Of a stretch of DNA of 64,000 bases, positions 36,087-47,922 are shown piece after piece. Location of the stretch: positions 70,990,001 through 71,054,000 of the forward strand of contig NC_083285.1 in the NCBI RefSeq assembly GCF_963506605.1. Reading direction: 5' to 3'. The notes under the pieces are model-generated. The model did no database searches and had not been told where the DNA came from. It worked only from the letters and a program-made list of their open reading frames with translations. This stretch comes from Zootoca vivipara. Lineage: Eukaryota. A program made the translations under genes and the position numbers. Positions within the stretch are counted from its first letter, which is position 1. Every line of letters begins with the position of its first letter.

Positions 36087-38899
36087 GTGGATAGGTGGCG
36101 AAAGAGTGGGAATAGGGTGAGGAGCAACAATGGGTAATTTTCTGATTGATTAAGATGATCCGAAACTGGAACTTTTTATGGAGCTGGTTGATACATCTGG
36201 GAGATCCGGAGTCCAGGGGAAGGGGGATAGAATTAGATAAATGTGGTTAAAGGTTATTATGATAGAAGAAATAGTATTTGAATGTATGGGGGAAAATTTG
36301 GGGTATAAATTGTGAGGCTAAAGGAAGAATTAGAGATGGATGGGAAAATAAATTTAGATTTGGATTAATTAATGAATTAATGGTGAGGATAGTTGATGTT
36401 TTTTCTTTCTTTGTGTAGATTAGAATTGGTTGTGAAATAATGGAAAAAATGTGTTAGAATGATTTAAGATGATAAAGTAAAATTGCTTTATTTAGATTGA
36501 ATAAATGGACCCAGTGTGGGGGGACTCAAGGAAGTCCACAATGTCAAGTTAATGTAATGAATTGATATGTTTTTTCTTTTTCTTTTTTGATTATGTTTTA
36601 TTTTTGCTTTTTGTTTTTGTTTTTATGTTGAAATGTTTGAAAATCAATAAATATTATTTGAAAAATAAAAAAATATAAAAATAAAATTACGACATGCAAG
36701 GGAATCTGTTCAGAACGGACTCGTAACAGTGTCCTATATGCCAGGAGCTGAGATGCCTGCTGATTTGTTGTCCAAGATCGTTCCCAGGGAACGACACTGT
36801 ACCTATGTACAGAAACTGGGACTGTACTAACACACTGCCCAGTGATATATATATATATATATATAGAAAGGGGGAGGAGGTTAGGTTTCTATTCCTCTCA
36901 CTCACGGGAGCGGATGTTTGCTGTATTCTGTTTCCATTTGTTTGTTTTTCTTCGGACTTCTCTCAGCGAGAGGAGACATGTTTTCTTTCGTTCTGCCTTA
37001 CGCTTAATAAAGTAGTTTTTAGTACACAACCTCAGCCTGGATCCGTCTGCGTTTTATCTCTGCTGGACTCTGAATATGCACTCAGTGTCTCCAAGACATG
37101 GGTCATAATAAATCGTCGGGAAAGGGCTGTCGGAACTCCCTAGAGCTGCACGCTGGACGCTGACGGGAGAGATGGGCTGGATTCGTTCCTGCATTATGCC
37201 TGGGGATCGTTCTTGCCCCCGGCTGACCCAACAAATTCAACCATTCCATATGGAAATAGATGTTTACTATAATCTTGTTTTTATTGCATCAGCTCAATGA
37301 TTAATACCCTTTGTGGGAAGAAACGCTGATTGTACCGGAAAAGTGTCCAGGGGTTGACTCATGAGTTGACATTGCTTCTATCAAATACATGAGTGATTGC
37401 AAAGAAAAAGAAAATGAGATTTCTCAGTTTGCTTGTTTAGACTCCTTGTTGTGGAGCGGCTGCCCTTGGTGATATATTCTTGTACAACTTCGCATTTTGC
37501 AAGATTCCTAGCAGGTGCGCCAGAAAGTGGCGCCAGAATCAGGGCCGCCGTTGCCCAGCCCTGCTCGGGGGGGGGGAGAGCAAGCAAGGAGGTGTCTTCC
37601 CAGCTGAGTCAGCTGCTTTTCCCACAGAACATCCGGTCCTGGGTGAAGGACAAGTCTGAGGTTGAGGTGGTCGACCTGGTCCTGAAGCTCCAGGAGAAGC
37701 TGGTAAGCAGGATGCTCCCAAGTGAGTTGTGCCTGATGGGTGGAAGGTGCTCAGATCAGGGCTCTCTTCTCGAGGGAGCAGAGCGGAGCCTGGCTGGCTG
37801 GCTGGCCCCTCCAGACTGTGGCCAGGCCTGTTTCAGCCTTGGGAATCCCCTAAGGAAATCTCAGCCCCAGGTGAGAGCAGAGGAGCCCCAGGTGAGAGCA
37901 GAGGGCAGACGGGGGACCAAAGTGAGACAAACTGCCCCAGGAACACGGTGTGTCCCCCCCACCAGAGTTACTGCCCCTCCCCAACTCCCCCCCCCAATGC
38001 TTTATGGCATTTATTAATTAGCACTCATAAATCCTGTTTTATGAATGGGAAAACTGTAGATATTTAAATAAAATAGTTTATTAATGAATAGAACTCAAGC
38101 CAAAGGTCACAGAATCATACACAGAGTGATTCAAAGCGGTTCTGAGTAACAGTGTCTGAGCGCTTCATGGCTGCAGCCGTAATCCCAGAGTCCTGGGACA
38201 GAACACAAACTCTCAATGGGCAATAATACAATGGGCTGACAATGGAGGGAAGGATCCTTATCAGCCCAGGAAGAAACCCTTGAGCAGGAGACTAAGTGAC
38301 TGGATTGGGGTGAAGGTTATTTGTGACGCCAAAGGGATGTGCTCATGTTTGCCCAAAGGATGACAGATGAGCAGAGGAGAGGGGAGACTTGCCACCCACA
38401 GATCTCTTGGAGACAAGGCAAGGACCTGTGATGCGTTGCAACATTTGGACAGTGCTTTTTGGGAGTGGATCTCTGGGCAAAAGGCAAACTTTGTTGGAGG
38501 CTGCTTCTTCTTTTGCTGTTCCAGAAGTAGGACGCTCGCTGTGACAAAAATAAAGATTGGGCCTCCTAGTCGCCTTGCTTTTCATATACCTGGTTGCATT
38601 TTCTGGCTTTGCTCTGACCGTCACGTGGCCCCCAGGGGATCGTGAGACCCCAGAGCAAGGGGGGGGGGGTCCCGCGACAACAATCTCCTGATTTTCCCAC
38701 GACACTTGCAAGCCCCTGTAGCATGTAGAGCGCACGGCTCATACACGTCATACACGTGATCCTGCTGGCTGCTGGGCTAATCCGGTCACTGACAGAAGTC
38801 CTGAGCAAAATACCCTTACAAAAAAACCAGAGGTGGAGGGACTTGTAATGCAGTTTTGCAGCACTCTGTTCTTGGGAGACCCCGCCTTCCCCTCTTTCG

Positions 38900-41800
38900 T
38901 CAGCCCTCCCTGCAAATGGCCAGGGAGTCCTCGTAAAAGGCTTTCTGGTCCAGGTGGCCCAGGAGGGGCATCTGCTCCCCGGTCACCTCCCGGCGGAAGT
39001 TCTGCCGGAGCCATCCGTAGACCAGGCTGTGCAAGAAGCCTTGCAGGGAGATGGTCAGGGCCTGCAGAAAGGGAGAAGAGGGGGCATTACGCTTACGGGG
39101 GGGGGACGCGAAATCCAGCCGCTTCAGCATCTCAAGGGGAGACGGGTGTGCTCTGGCAGAGCAAGGGGAGGCTGGGGAGGGAAAAAACTCCACAGGGCCC
39201 CAAGATCCAGAGAGTTGAGACCCCACTTGCAATCCTGCAATCGCTCAAAGTGTCCAAGGCCTCCTCTGGTGGATTGCTCAGCTTCAGCAGATTGAAGAGG
39301 TGGGTACAGCTGCTTGCATGTCTGTGGCTGACCACCGCATGGCTCGGTTTGGCTAGATCAGTGGTTTTCAACCAGTGTGCCGTGGCACCCTGGGGCGCCT
39401 TGAATGATGGGCAGGGGTGCTGCGGGCAGCACTGGCCTCTCTCCTTCTCCCCTTCCCTCCCTCCTCTGATGCCCTCTCACGTCTCTGCCTGCCAAAGTCT
39501 TGCACAGTTGTTTGTTGCAGCAGCCCTGGCTATAAGCTCCGCAGGCGAAGGGTGCCTCTAGGGCTGGCCAGGGGCTGCATCCCAGGCCCCTATGGGGTAG
39601 TGTGAGGAGACACCTCTTATTGGGGCAGGAGGGGGCAGCTCAGAGACCAGGGGCGGCAGCTTCGACTGCCCAGAGGGGGGGGGGGAGGCTGAGGGAACAT
39701 GCCACAAGGGAGGCTGTTTGAAAAAGGTGAGGGGCTGCCAGCTCTGCAGGAAAGGGGCGACATAACTGGGAGCCCCTCCCTTCGCCAGCACTGAAGTCCA
39801 GGAGCCGGTGCAAGACCAGTGCATTTGCTTCAGGCCCTCCAAGACACGCCCCCCCCCCGGTCACTCACCATAGCCACGTAGAGAGGGAAGAGGGAGGTCG
39901 GCTGGAGGCTGGTGAAGGAGAGCAGGCACAGGGAGAAGGCTGAGGGGGAAGGAGAGCAGGAGGAGAGCCCCCATCACTTTTCCTGGCCAAGGTCACCAGG
40001 CTGCCGCCTGAGGGATCAGAGCCTCTCCCCACCCCCGGCAGCCCAAAGAATAATAATAATAATAGTAATAATTTATTATTCATACCCCGCCCATCTGGCT
40101 GGGTTTCCCCAGCCACTCTGGGTGGCTTCCAACCAAATGTTTAAAACCAGTACAGCATCAAACATTAAAAACTTCCCTAAACAGGGCCGCCTTCAGTTGT
40201 CTTCTAAAAGTAAAATAATTGCTTATTGCGTCTGTATCTGATTTGGGGATCCACCCCAAGGGTGGGGATTGGTTGTTAGACAATGGGTCTTGATTCTTCT
40301 CGACTCATTCAATAAACCTGGAGGTAAGTGATGAGGCTTAACTTGGGGGGGGGGGGTTCTTCATCCTTTGGTCTGCCTTTTTTCTCTCCAAGATGCCTTG
40401 AGTCTGGATTTCCACGTCTTCAGACCCAAGCATTGCAACGTAGGAGGCAAGGGACCCCAAAGCAGTCCCTGGGCAGACCTACCTCGCAGGGGAGGCAGAA
40501 GCTAGAGGAGGAGGCAAGGTTCCTAGGCCACTCACCTGGCATCCAGCAGACCAGGAAGACCAGCTGGAAGAAGCAGGCGCTGCGGGTGGTGCGGGTTCTG
40601 CCGGCACAGCCGTCACTCTCCGGAGCTGGCAGGTTCAGAGGGGGGCCACCTCTCTGCCTGCGGCGGCACCAGCACTTCACCCTGCAGTAGAGGACCTGGC
40701 CAGGGGCAGCGGGAGGCAGCCATTAGGTGCTAGGAAAGGGGCAGGACTCAGACCATTGGAATGCCCATTCGCCCGGCCAATGACAGCAGGTCATTTGGTC
40801 AGCCAGTGAATGGCCCTCAGACCGGGCTCCTTTTTTAGCCGAGTAAAATACTTTTGACGTATTTGCTGCCTGCATTGAAATGTAAGTAAACCATTTTTGT
40901 TTTTACTAAAATGTGCAGCTTATTCCTAGCAAAAGGGACAAAGAGGGGAAAGGTCAGCAGACCACAACGGGGGGGGGCTATTGGGTTGTTGTTTTTATCT
41001 TCATTGTGTATTTTGTGATTTTATATCTTGATTTTATTCTGTGAACCGCCCTGAGACTCCTGGGTAAAGGGCTGTATATAAATTCAATACATAATAAAAT
41101 AATAAATAATAAAATAAACAGGCCACAGTGGATGCCCACACTAAGACGGACGGACAGACGGACACATACTTACTGTGCAGCAGAAAACAACCAGAGAGAT
41201 GAAGACGAGGAAGAAGATCTTGCCTTCTTTGCCAGAGTCCTTCCTGCCTGTGTACTAGGAGGAGGGGGGGAAGCTCCTCAGTAAGGAGCTCCTCAACACT
41301 GGCACGGTGGGGTCCAAGGGTCAGCTCCCCATGGTAACAGGCCCCGTGGCCCTTCTGCAGGTGTTCAGGGAAGAACCTCTGAAGCCCACGGGGGCACTTT
41401 GCCGACCCCCATTGGGGCTCACCTGCCCAGGCAGACAGGAGGGTCTCCCAAAATCACATCACCCTCTATTTTGGGGGGCAGCGAGTTCCTGCTCTCCTGT
41501 GACAGGAGAGATGCTGGTAGGAGGGATGCTGGGAAGAGGCTGGAAATGGAAGAGGAACAAACCTCCCCCAGTTCAACCAGAGTTTCAGGGATCTTGGGGT
41601 TAGATTGGATGATCCTTGGGATCCCTTGAGACTAGCGCCATGCCAATATCTGGGCAATATCACCACCTGAGCAGGAGGTGAAGGAGGCAGAGTTTGGGGC
41701 GGCCGTCTGGTCCTCCAGGGGAGCTGAGGGGGCAGCTGGTTTTACAACACCACAAACCTGCTGTTGCTGTGGGGCCCTTCGCCCAGAACTAAGGCACCTT

Positions 41801-44800
41801 GTGCCCCTAAAGGATGGGGATGGGGTCCAAGAAAGGGCCACCCCAGAGCAACAGGGAGAGGAAGCAGCTGATGGAGGAAGCACTGGGGGGGGGGCGCAGT
41901 ACCTTGTAGCAGGTGTCTTGCGAGTGATGGATGAGGACCAGGCAGCTGGAAGGAAAGTGGGAGGGTTTGGCTAGCTGGACACAAAAGACCACCCTCCGTT
42001 TCAAAATCCTACACCAGCCCAAGGGAGAGGAAGAGGGGGAGGTTCTACCTGGAGCAGTAGAGGCCGTAGGACCCTTGTGAGCGGTTGCCAGCCTGTAACG
42101 CCACCGGGGGGATGGTCCAGGGTGCCACATCTCTCAGGGACGAGCCTCGCATCACCAGCAGGACCACAAAGACCAGGAAAGGGAGCAGCCTTGATTGCGT
42201 TGGGGGCAGGGAGAAGACACTGGGTGGAAGCAGATGGCTCAGAGCCACTGGGGCTGAGAGGCGGCTTCCCCTTGTGTGGCCTCCAAGGGCCAAGAGGCCC
42301 CCCCCCATACATCAGGGAGGAAAGTGTGGCAGGACAGTTGCACCTACCAGGCCAAGAGACGGGGCAGATTTGTTTGGAGTCTCTCGTTGAACCTGCCGCT
42401 CTCCTCCTTGGAGGGAAACAGAGACGGCAGGTGAGAGGCAAACACCCATCGGAAATCGCCCGTGTGACGTCCTCCTTTCCCCTGCTTGTGTCTCCCCCAG
42501 GTGCCCCCCAGCCGCTTGCGCCTCCCCCAACTGGGCTGGGGCCTCTGCCAGAGCCTTTCCCAGCCAGAGCACCTTGGGCACCCATGGGGGGAGTCCTGAG
42601 AAGCCCCCCTCTATGGAGCCAGGCCCTAGAAGGAACAGCCCAAGTCCTTGCAGACCCCCCCCCCTCTCCAAGGCTGGTCAGCACCCCACGGGTACAGCCT
42701 TGCCCAGGCTGGTGCCCCCCAGGCAAGTTGGACTACAACTCCCATCAGCGCCAGCCGGCAGGGTGCCTGTGGCTCAAAAAACCTGGAGGGCCCCAGCTGA
42801 AGTCCAGGAACTCTCATTGTCAATGGGTAGAAGAAGCCTCACAGTTGGTGAGGAGACCCTCCGCCCCCTTAGCTGTGATTGAGGCATTGCAAGGGGCTGG
42901 GCTAGGTGACTCTTGGGGTCCCTTCTAAGCTCTCAGAGGCCAGGCAGGGACCCTGAGCTCTTCCTACCTCCAGCAGGGCAGAGGAAGGGGCCTCCCTCCA
43001 GCCCCCCAGAGTTCGCTTCACTTCGTAGGCATAGACGACGACCACCAGCAGAGAAATGGCGTAGAACATCTGGGGAGAGGGAGGCAAAGCAAGGGCAGGT
43101 GAGCGCCGAGAGGTGCCTGGCAGGGGACAGAGGGGGCCAAGCTAGCTCTGGCACAAGGCAGGGGGTGCCCTGACCTGGGCAGGGCTGCTTGAGCTGGTTC
43201 CAGAGCCAGGAGGCTGCCCCCTCCATCTGTCCATCTGCGCAGGAACTGGCAGGACTCACTTGGGTCAAGCTCTTGGCAAGGGGGGCAGCCATGAGACCCC
43301 AGGAAGGGGTGGCAGAGCACCTGCCTTGCAAGCAGAAGGTCCTGGGTTCAAATCCTGGGGAGCCATGGCTGCCAGTCAGGGCAGGTAATTCTGAGTTGGC
43401 TCAGTGCAAGGCAGCTGGCTGCATTCCATGCCACCCACGTGCCCCTGCCAGCTCTGCCATGGAGGCCGGGCAGAACGACGGCTGCCTTACCAGACCCAGC
43501 ATCAGCAGGTAGGGACAGGCTTGGTAGGCCGAGACGAAGAGACGCTGCGGAAGGAGCTGGATGGCAGCTGCGGAGAGGAGGGCCGAGGCACCCAGGAGAT
43601 CCGCCAGGGAGAGGAGGAAGAGCGGGCAGAGCTGGGGGGAGAGCGAGGGGTCAGGGTTAGCACCCCAAACCAGCAACCAGCAGGACCCCTCTGCCCCCTG
43701 GCACCCAGAGCGCACCCTCTGGATAATCAAGGGGGCTCAAAGGCCAGGGAGGCCAGGGAGCCCCCGCTTCTCTTCTCAGAACACAATGCACCCCGTTCTC
43801 AGAGCTCAGCCTCTGCACAATCCAGACATCTGGGGAAAAGCTCGACAACTTCTCTGTCCGGATTTTCACTTTTTGAAATACGGCAACCCTAACCCTTCAA
43901 AGGCTCCCCCCCCCCCGAGTTGAGCAGGATGGAGAGCTGGGGGGGGGGACGACTCCCAGATTGCTCTGAGCCAACCCTCTTGGAGGCTGTTCTCAAGTGC
44001 TCCCAGGGGGCTCCTGTAGAAGGATGCCCGGGGGTGGGGGGGCGGAGCATGGGGGGGGGCTGCTTGCTTTCAAACCCAAGGATTGTCAGAAACCCCACCC
44101 TGGCAGACCTGCTCCTGACAGCATCGCCTTCGGAGGAGGGAGGCAGCCACAATGGAACCGCTGCCCAGGAGGCTGCAAGACAAAGGTGGCCAGCAGTCAG
44201 CTTAGGAGAGGGGGACCCCCACCACACCCCACACCCCCCAGCTCCCCCTGCCATGGGCTTCCCATCGCCTGGCCTGTCACGTCCTGGGGAGGGAGGCCGT
44301 CTGCTCCCCCTTTCCTCCAAATTTGGATTTGGAGAGGAGCTGCTTGGAGTCCTATGCTCTGCCCTCAACTGCAGCTGTCAGATGCGCCCGACACCCTCGG
44401 GTGCCTCCAGGGAAGGCGGGTGAGGGTGGGTGCCAAGGCAAGCAGAGACTCTGCAGGCGAGTAGCCGGGACCCACCCAGGCAAAGGGCACAGCCTGGGGG
44501 TGGGTGGGGTAGGTGCCCTTGCTCACCCCCTGCCATCAAAGCCCCCACCCCCCGAAAGCTGCCTGGATTCCCTGCAACCCACAGAGTGTGGGACTGGAGA
44601 TCCCGCCAGGAGGAGGGCAACAGGGTCAGGCTGCTCCCCTTGTTCTTGGAGGGCGGAGAAAGAAGAGGACTTGCTGGAGGGAAGGTGGGAGGGAAAGGTG
44701 GTCTTTGGCCACTCACCTGAGAGCCAGGGCAACCAGGTAGACCCACGCCAAGGCCAAGACCTAGAGGTTGCAGGCAAGAGGTCTTGGTTAGGAGGTGCCC

Positions 44801-45440
44801 CCACACAAGCCCACCAGTCAAGGTGTGTCTAGAGTAGACGGCTGAGAGTCTCCCCCCCTTTCCAGTTTGCTGTTCCCTGTAAGTCACCAGATATCCCTGA
44901 TGAGGGCCCCAGGGTGGGGTGGGGGTCCCACCAGGATGGGGGCCAAGCCCTGAGGCCACCTCAGCCCCACAGCATCCGGTCTCTCGCCTCTGCCTGTTTC
45001 CACGTGCCAAGAGATGCCAAGCCAGAGGAAGACACAAATGGGGTGGGGGTGGTGCCCCCCCCCACAGCTCCTGCCCGCTCTTGCCCTGGGAAACTGCTTA
45101 GGTCAGGCCAAGAGCAGAAACACAGGAAGTCCCTGCGGCTAACAGATTTCATTTCCCCCAGCAGGGAGACACCAGAGTGGCTAAACCAGGTATGCTTCCC
45201 CCCCCCGATCCCCCACTGGACACCTCTGGGCCCACCTGCTGGAGGACCCACCTTGCCCCCCCCAGGCTATGGGGCTGCCTTTCCCAGCTGGAGCCAGGCA
45301 GGCTAAGGCACGTCAGGCGGATTCCTCCCAAGCCAAGGGTGGGCGGAGGAGCAGGAGAATTGCCCGGGGTGGGTGGGGGTTGAATGGGGGGGTACCTTTT
45401 CGTCTGGAAGGGCAGTTCCACTCCTGCCTCGCTCGGCCAT
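38900..45440 (-). CDS. Orphan 7-transmembrane receptor-like protein, TMEM116/GPR157/cAR-like, 370 aa, 12 coding exons
   Basis: Exons 45440-45396, 44760-44717, 44172-44109, 43631-43491, 43069-42968, 42406-42348, 42189-42049, 41945-41903, 41254-41174, 40695-40536, 39939-39869, 39061-38900. All 11 introns GT-AG and phase-consistent, 1113 nt with no internal stop, Kozak CCACCATGG. Motifs LSLLGSGSIV, PLFLLSLADLL, FLVCWMPA, LQGFLHSLVYGW. Confidence 0.88.
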
Positions 45441-47922
45441 GGTGGGGCTACAGCTGGAGGGGCCACAGAGCATCGCCTGCCCTCCCTCCCTCTGGGCTCC
45501 TCCCCGCCAGCCGCTCAGCTGACTTTGTTTGCACAAGGTGTTTTCCTTGGGCTCAGGAGGAGGAGGGAGCCAAGCAGGAGATGCGCCACTTCATGCCCAA
45601 GTAGAGGAGGAGGAGGAGGAGGAGGAGTCTGGCACTCTTCCTGCACCCCAAAAGCAGCAGCAGAGTTAAGGCTGCGCCAGCCACCCCTCTTCCTGCCAGG
45701 GCAGAGCTGCAGTGCCCCCCTGGGGCCACAAAAAAACCCACCTTCACCTTCCTGTGGGGAGAAAGAACAGCTGGCAGCTCTCCCCCCCCCCCCCGCTAGC
45801 AGCAGCCCTGCCTCCGTTTCCCCTTGAGAGCAATCAAGGCACAGAATGCTTCAGACCAAACCTGAAGCAGTGGAGGGTTTTGGGAAGGGCAAAGGTTGCC
45901 CAGAGACTGAAAGCCTTACCTGGCACGTCCTGCCAAGCCCCCCAACCGCCTCCCTGCCCTGCTGTGTAGGGCTGCTGGACAGGTCTTCCGGGGAGCAGGC
46001 CCCGTGCAACAAATTGCCGGCCCACCCACAGAATAAAGACTTTTTCGCGTGCCAGAAGTGGGCCCGCCAGCCTGCCAAGGAAGAGGGGTCCTGCTTAGCC
46101 CCCTGCCCAGACACCCCTGCTCGCTGTCTCCAAGCGGGGAGCAGGCCAGCAATCCCTGGGCTCCCCCCTCTCCTCAGGCCAAACTGCCTTTTCCTGCTGC
46201 AGCTCTGTGGGCACCCGGCGGCAACCTCCCCAGGTCCGATCCTGCGCAGGGGAACACCTCGTGACATCACGGCAGGCCAGCCAATGGTCAGGGTGGGTCC
46301 TCAGATTCCCCAGAGGAGGCGAATCCCAAAGGATTGCAGGACGTCAGCCAGGGGCCTGCAGAGGGGTGAAGGATGAGGATCTCTTGGGCTCCAGCCCAAC
46401 CCCACAGTTGACCCATGGAAAGAGGCCCCTTTAGCCATGCTCATGTGTGTATGGGGGCAGCTACCCGTCACAGCTCTTGCTGCGGGTTTGAGGAGCATGA
46501 GGCAGCGGCTACTCAGGGGGCAGGAGGGAGGCCTTGCCTTTCTGGAAGCCAGATAACGCTGCTGAGCTTCTGGGCATCTAGTAGCAGGGAGTTCCACAGG
46601 TGCCCTGAGCGCTGCAGAAAAACCTTGGCCTGAAGCCAGGGAGAGGCATCATGCAACTGGGAGGTTACAGGGGATTGCAGAATCACAGAGGCAGAAAGGA
46701 CCCCCCCCCGAGTCATGTAGCCCAACCCCTGCAGTGCGGGAATCACAGCTGTTTTGCAAAAGTGCAATAGGGACAAAGCGCATTTCAAAACTGCCCTCAA
46801 GTGGCTGGTGTGTGTTTTCGAGCCCCTTTCTTTCACCTCCCTCGCAAATCCAAGAGCTGGCAATGTTTCCTTTCCGTTTCTTCCCTGCTTGACAAAGCCA
46901 GGCCACCAGCGTCAGGCGGCAGAGCGCAGCCCCCCACCCTGGACCCACAGAGCAGCAGGCCTGGCTATGGGGTGGCACCCGCAACGAGGCCTTCCCAATC
47001 CCAGGGATGGGCGTTCAGCCAGAGTATGGCCACTGGAGCTTGTCCCCTGCAAGATGCTCAAAGATTCATAGAACTTTAGAAAGGTACCCGTGCGGTCATC
47101 TAGCCCAACCCCCTGCAATGCAGGAATGCCAGCTTCCACTGCCTAAACCCTGGAGGGTTCTGCATGAGATTCAGATCCCGGGACATTGCCCAACTCTCTG
47201 CCCCCCCTGGCCCAGGACCTCAGGCAGGGAGGAGCTCTTCCCAGCCCCTGACACACACACACACACCCCGGCCCTCTCTAGTTGGGGATGTGGAGCGCTG
47301 AGCCCTCATCAGGCAAATCCGCGGGGTGCTCTGCCCCCCCACCCTCCTGCAATGGGGGCCAGCCTGGTCAGCATTGTCGATGCCACACGCCCCTTCCCCC
47401 CAAGGATGTGGAGTGGCTGGCAAGTCCCGGCCTCCTCTCCCTGAGTTCACCCAGCTCCCAAGGAGATGAAGCCCCTTTGCCCTGGAGAGGGGCCCTCTTC
47501 CTCTGCCCCCCTCAGCTCCACCCCTGGGTGCCACACCGTGCCGCATCATGCCCCCAAACACCAAGAGGCATTTGCCCACAGCACAGTCTCTGGTTGCTGG
47601 TCCTTTTTATTTGCAGATCACAAACCAAGTTGAAGCTTTAGAGGCAGGAAGAAGGAAACCCCAAAGGCAGCCTTCAACAATTCCCCCATTTGGCAAAAGA
47701 AGACACCCCCCCAAAAAAACCCCATTTGATTAAAAATCCCCATCTCCCAGATCGTGGTCCCTTTTAAGAAATGGCTCTTGGGCGGATCCTGGCAGCAGAA
47801 AGGCGCCAAGAGCCCACAGGTGCGGGAAGAGGAACTGCCAGCCCCGCTCCCTCCTCCTCCTCCTCCTTGGCACAGGGGCACCCTCTGGGCAAAGCAGCCA
47901 GCCCCACTGCAGCCCAGGGGGC

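Larger units (their letters stand above)
31620..36681 (+). mobile_element. 5062-bp TPRT-type insertion: L1-like ends enclosing antisense Copia element B
   Basis: 13-bp TSD TAAAATTACGACA (31607-31619 / 36682-36694) at a TT/AAAA site; A-rich tail and L1-type 3'UTR at 36087-36681; CpG-rich leader 31620-~31735. Confidence 0.8.
30805..37234 (+). mobile_element. Ty1/Copia element A, 5'-truncated (RT end, RNase H, PPT, 3' LTR), interrupted by a SINE and a 5-kb insert
   Basis: YRSVLGKL...SRPDIA...IFADAGFG...YQDNKAC (30805-31345); CKQRTKHLQLKLRH (~31578-31619); resumes ARESVQNGLVTVSYMPGAEMPADLLSK after 36694; PPT AGAAAGGGGGAGGAG ~36865-36879; LTR ~36880-37234 ending CCAACA. Confidence 0.85.

Noticed and set aside
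41632-41883. Possible extra exon of the 7TM gene
   Set aside because: Flanking exons already join in phase 0 and give a coherent ECL2; no convincing donor.
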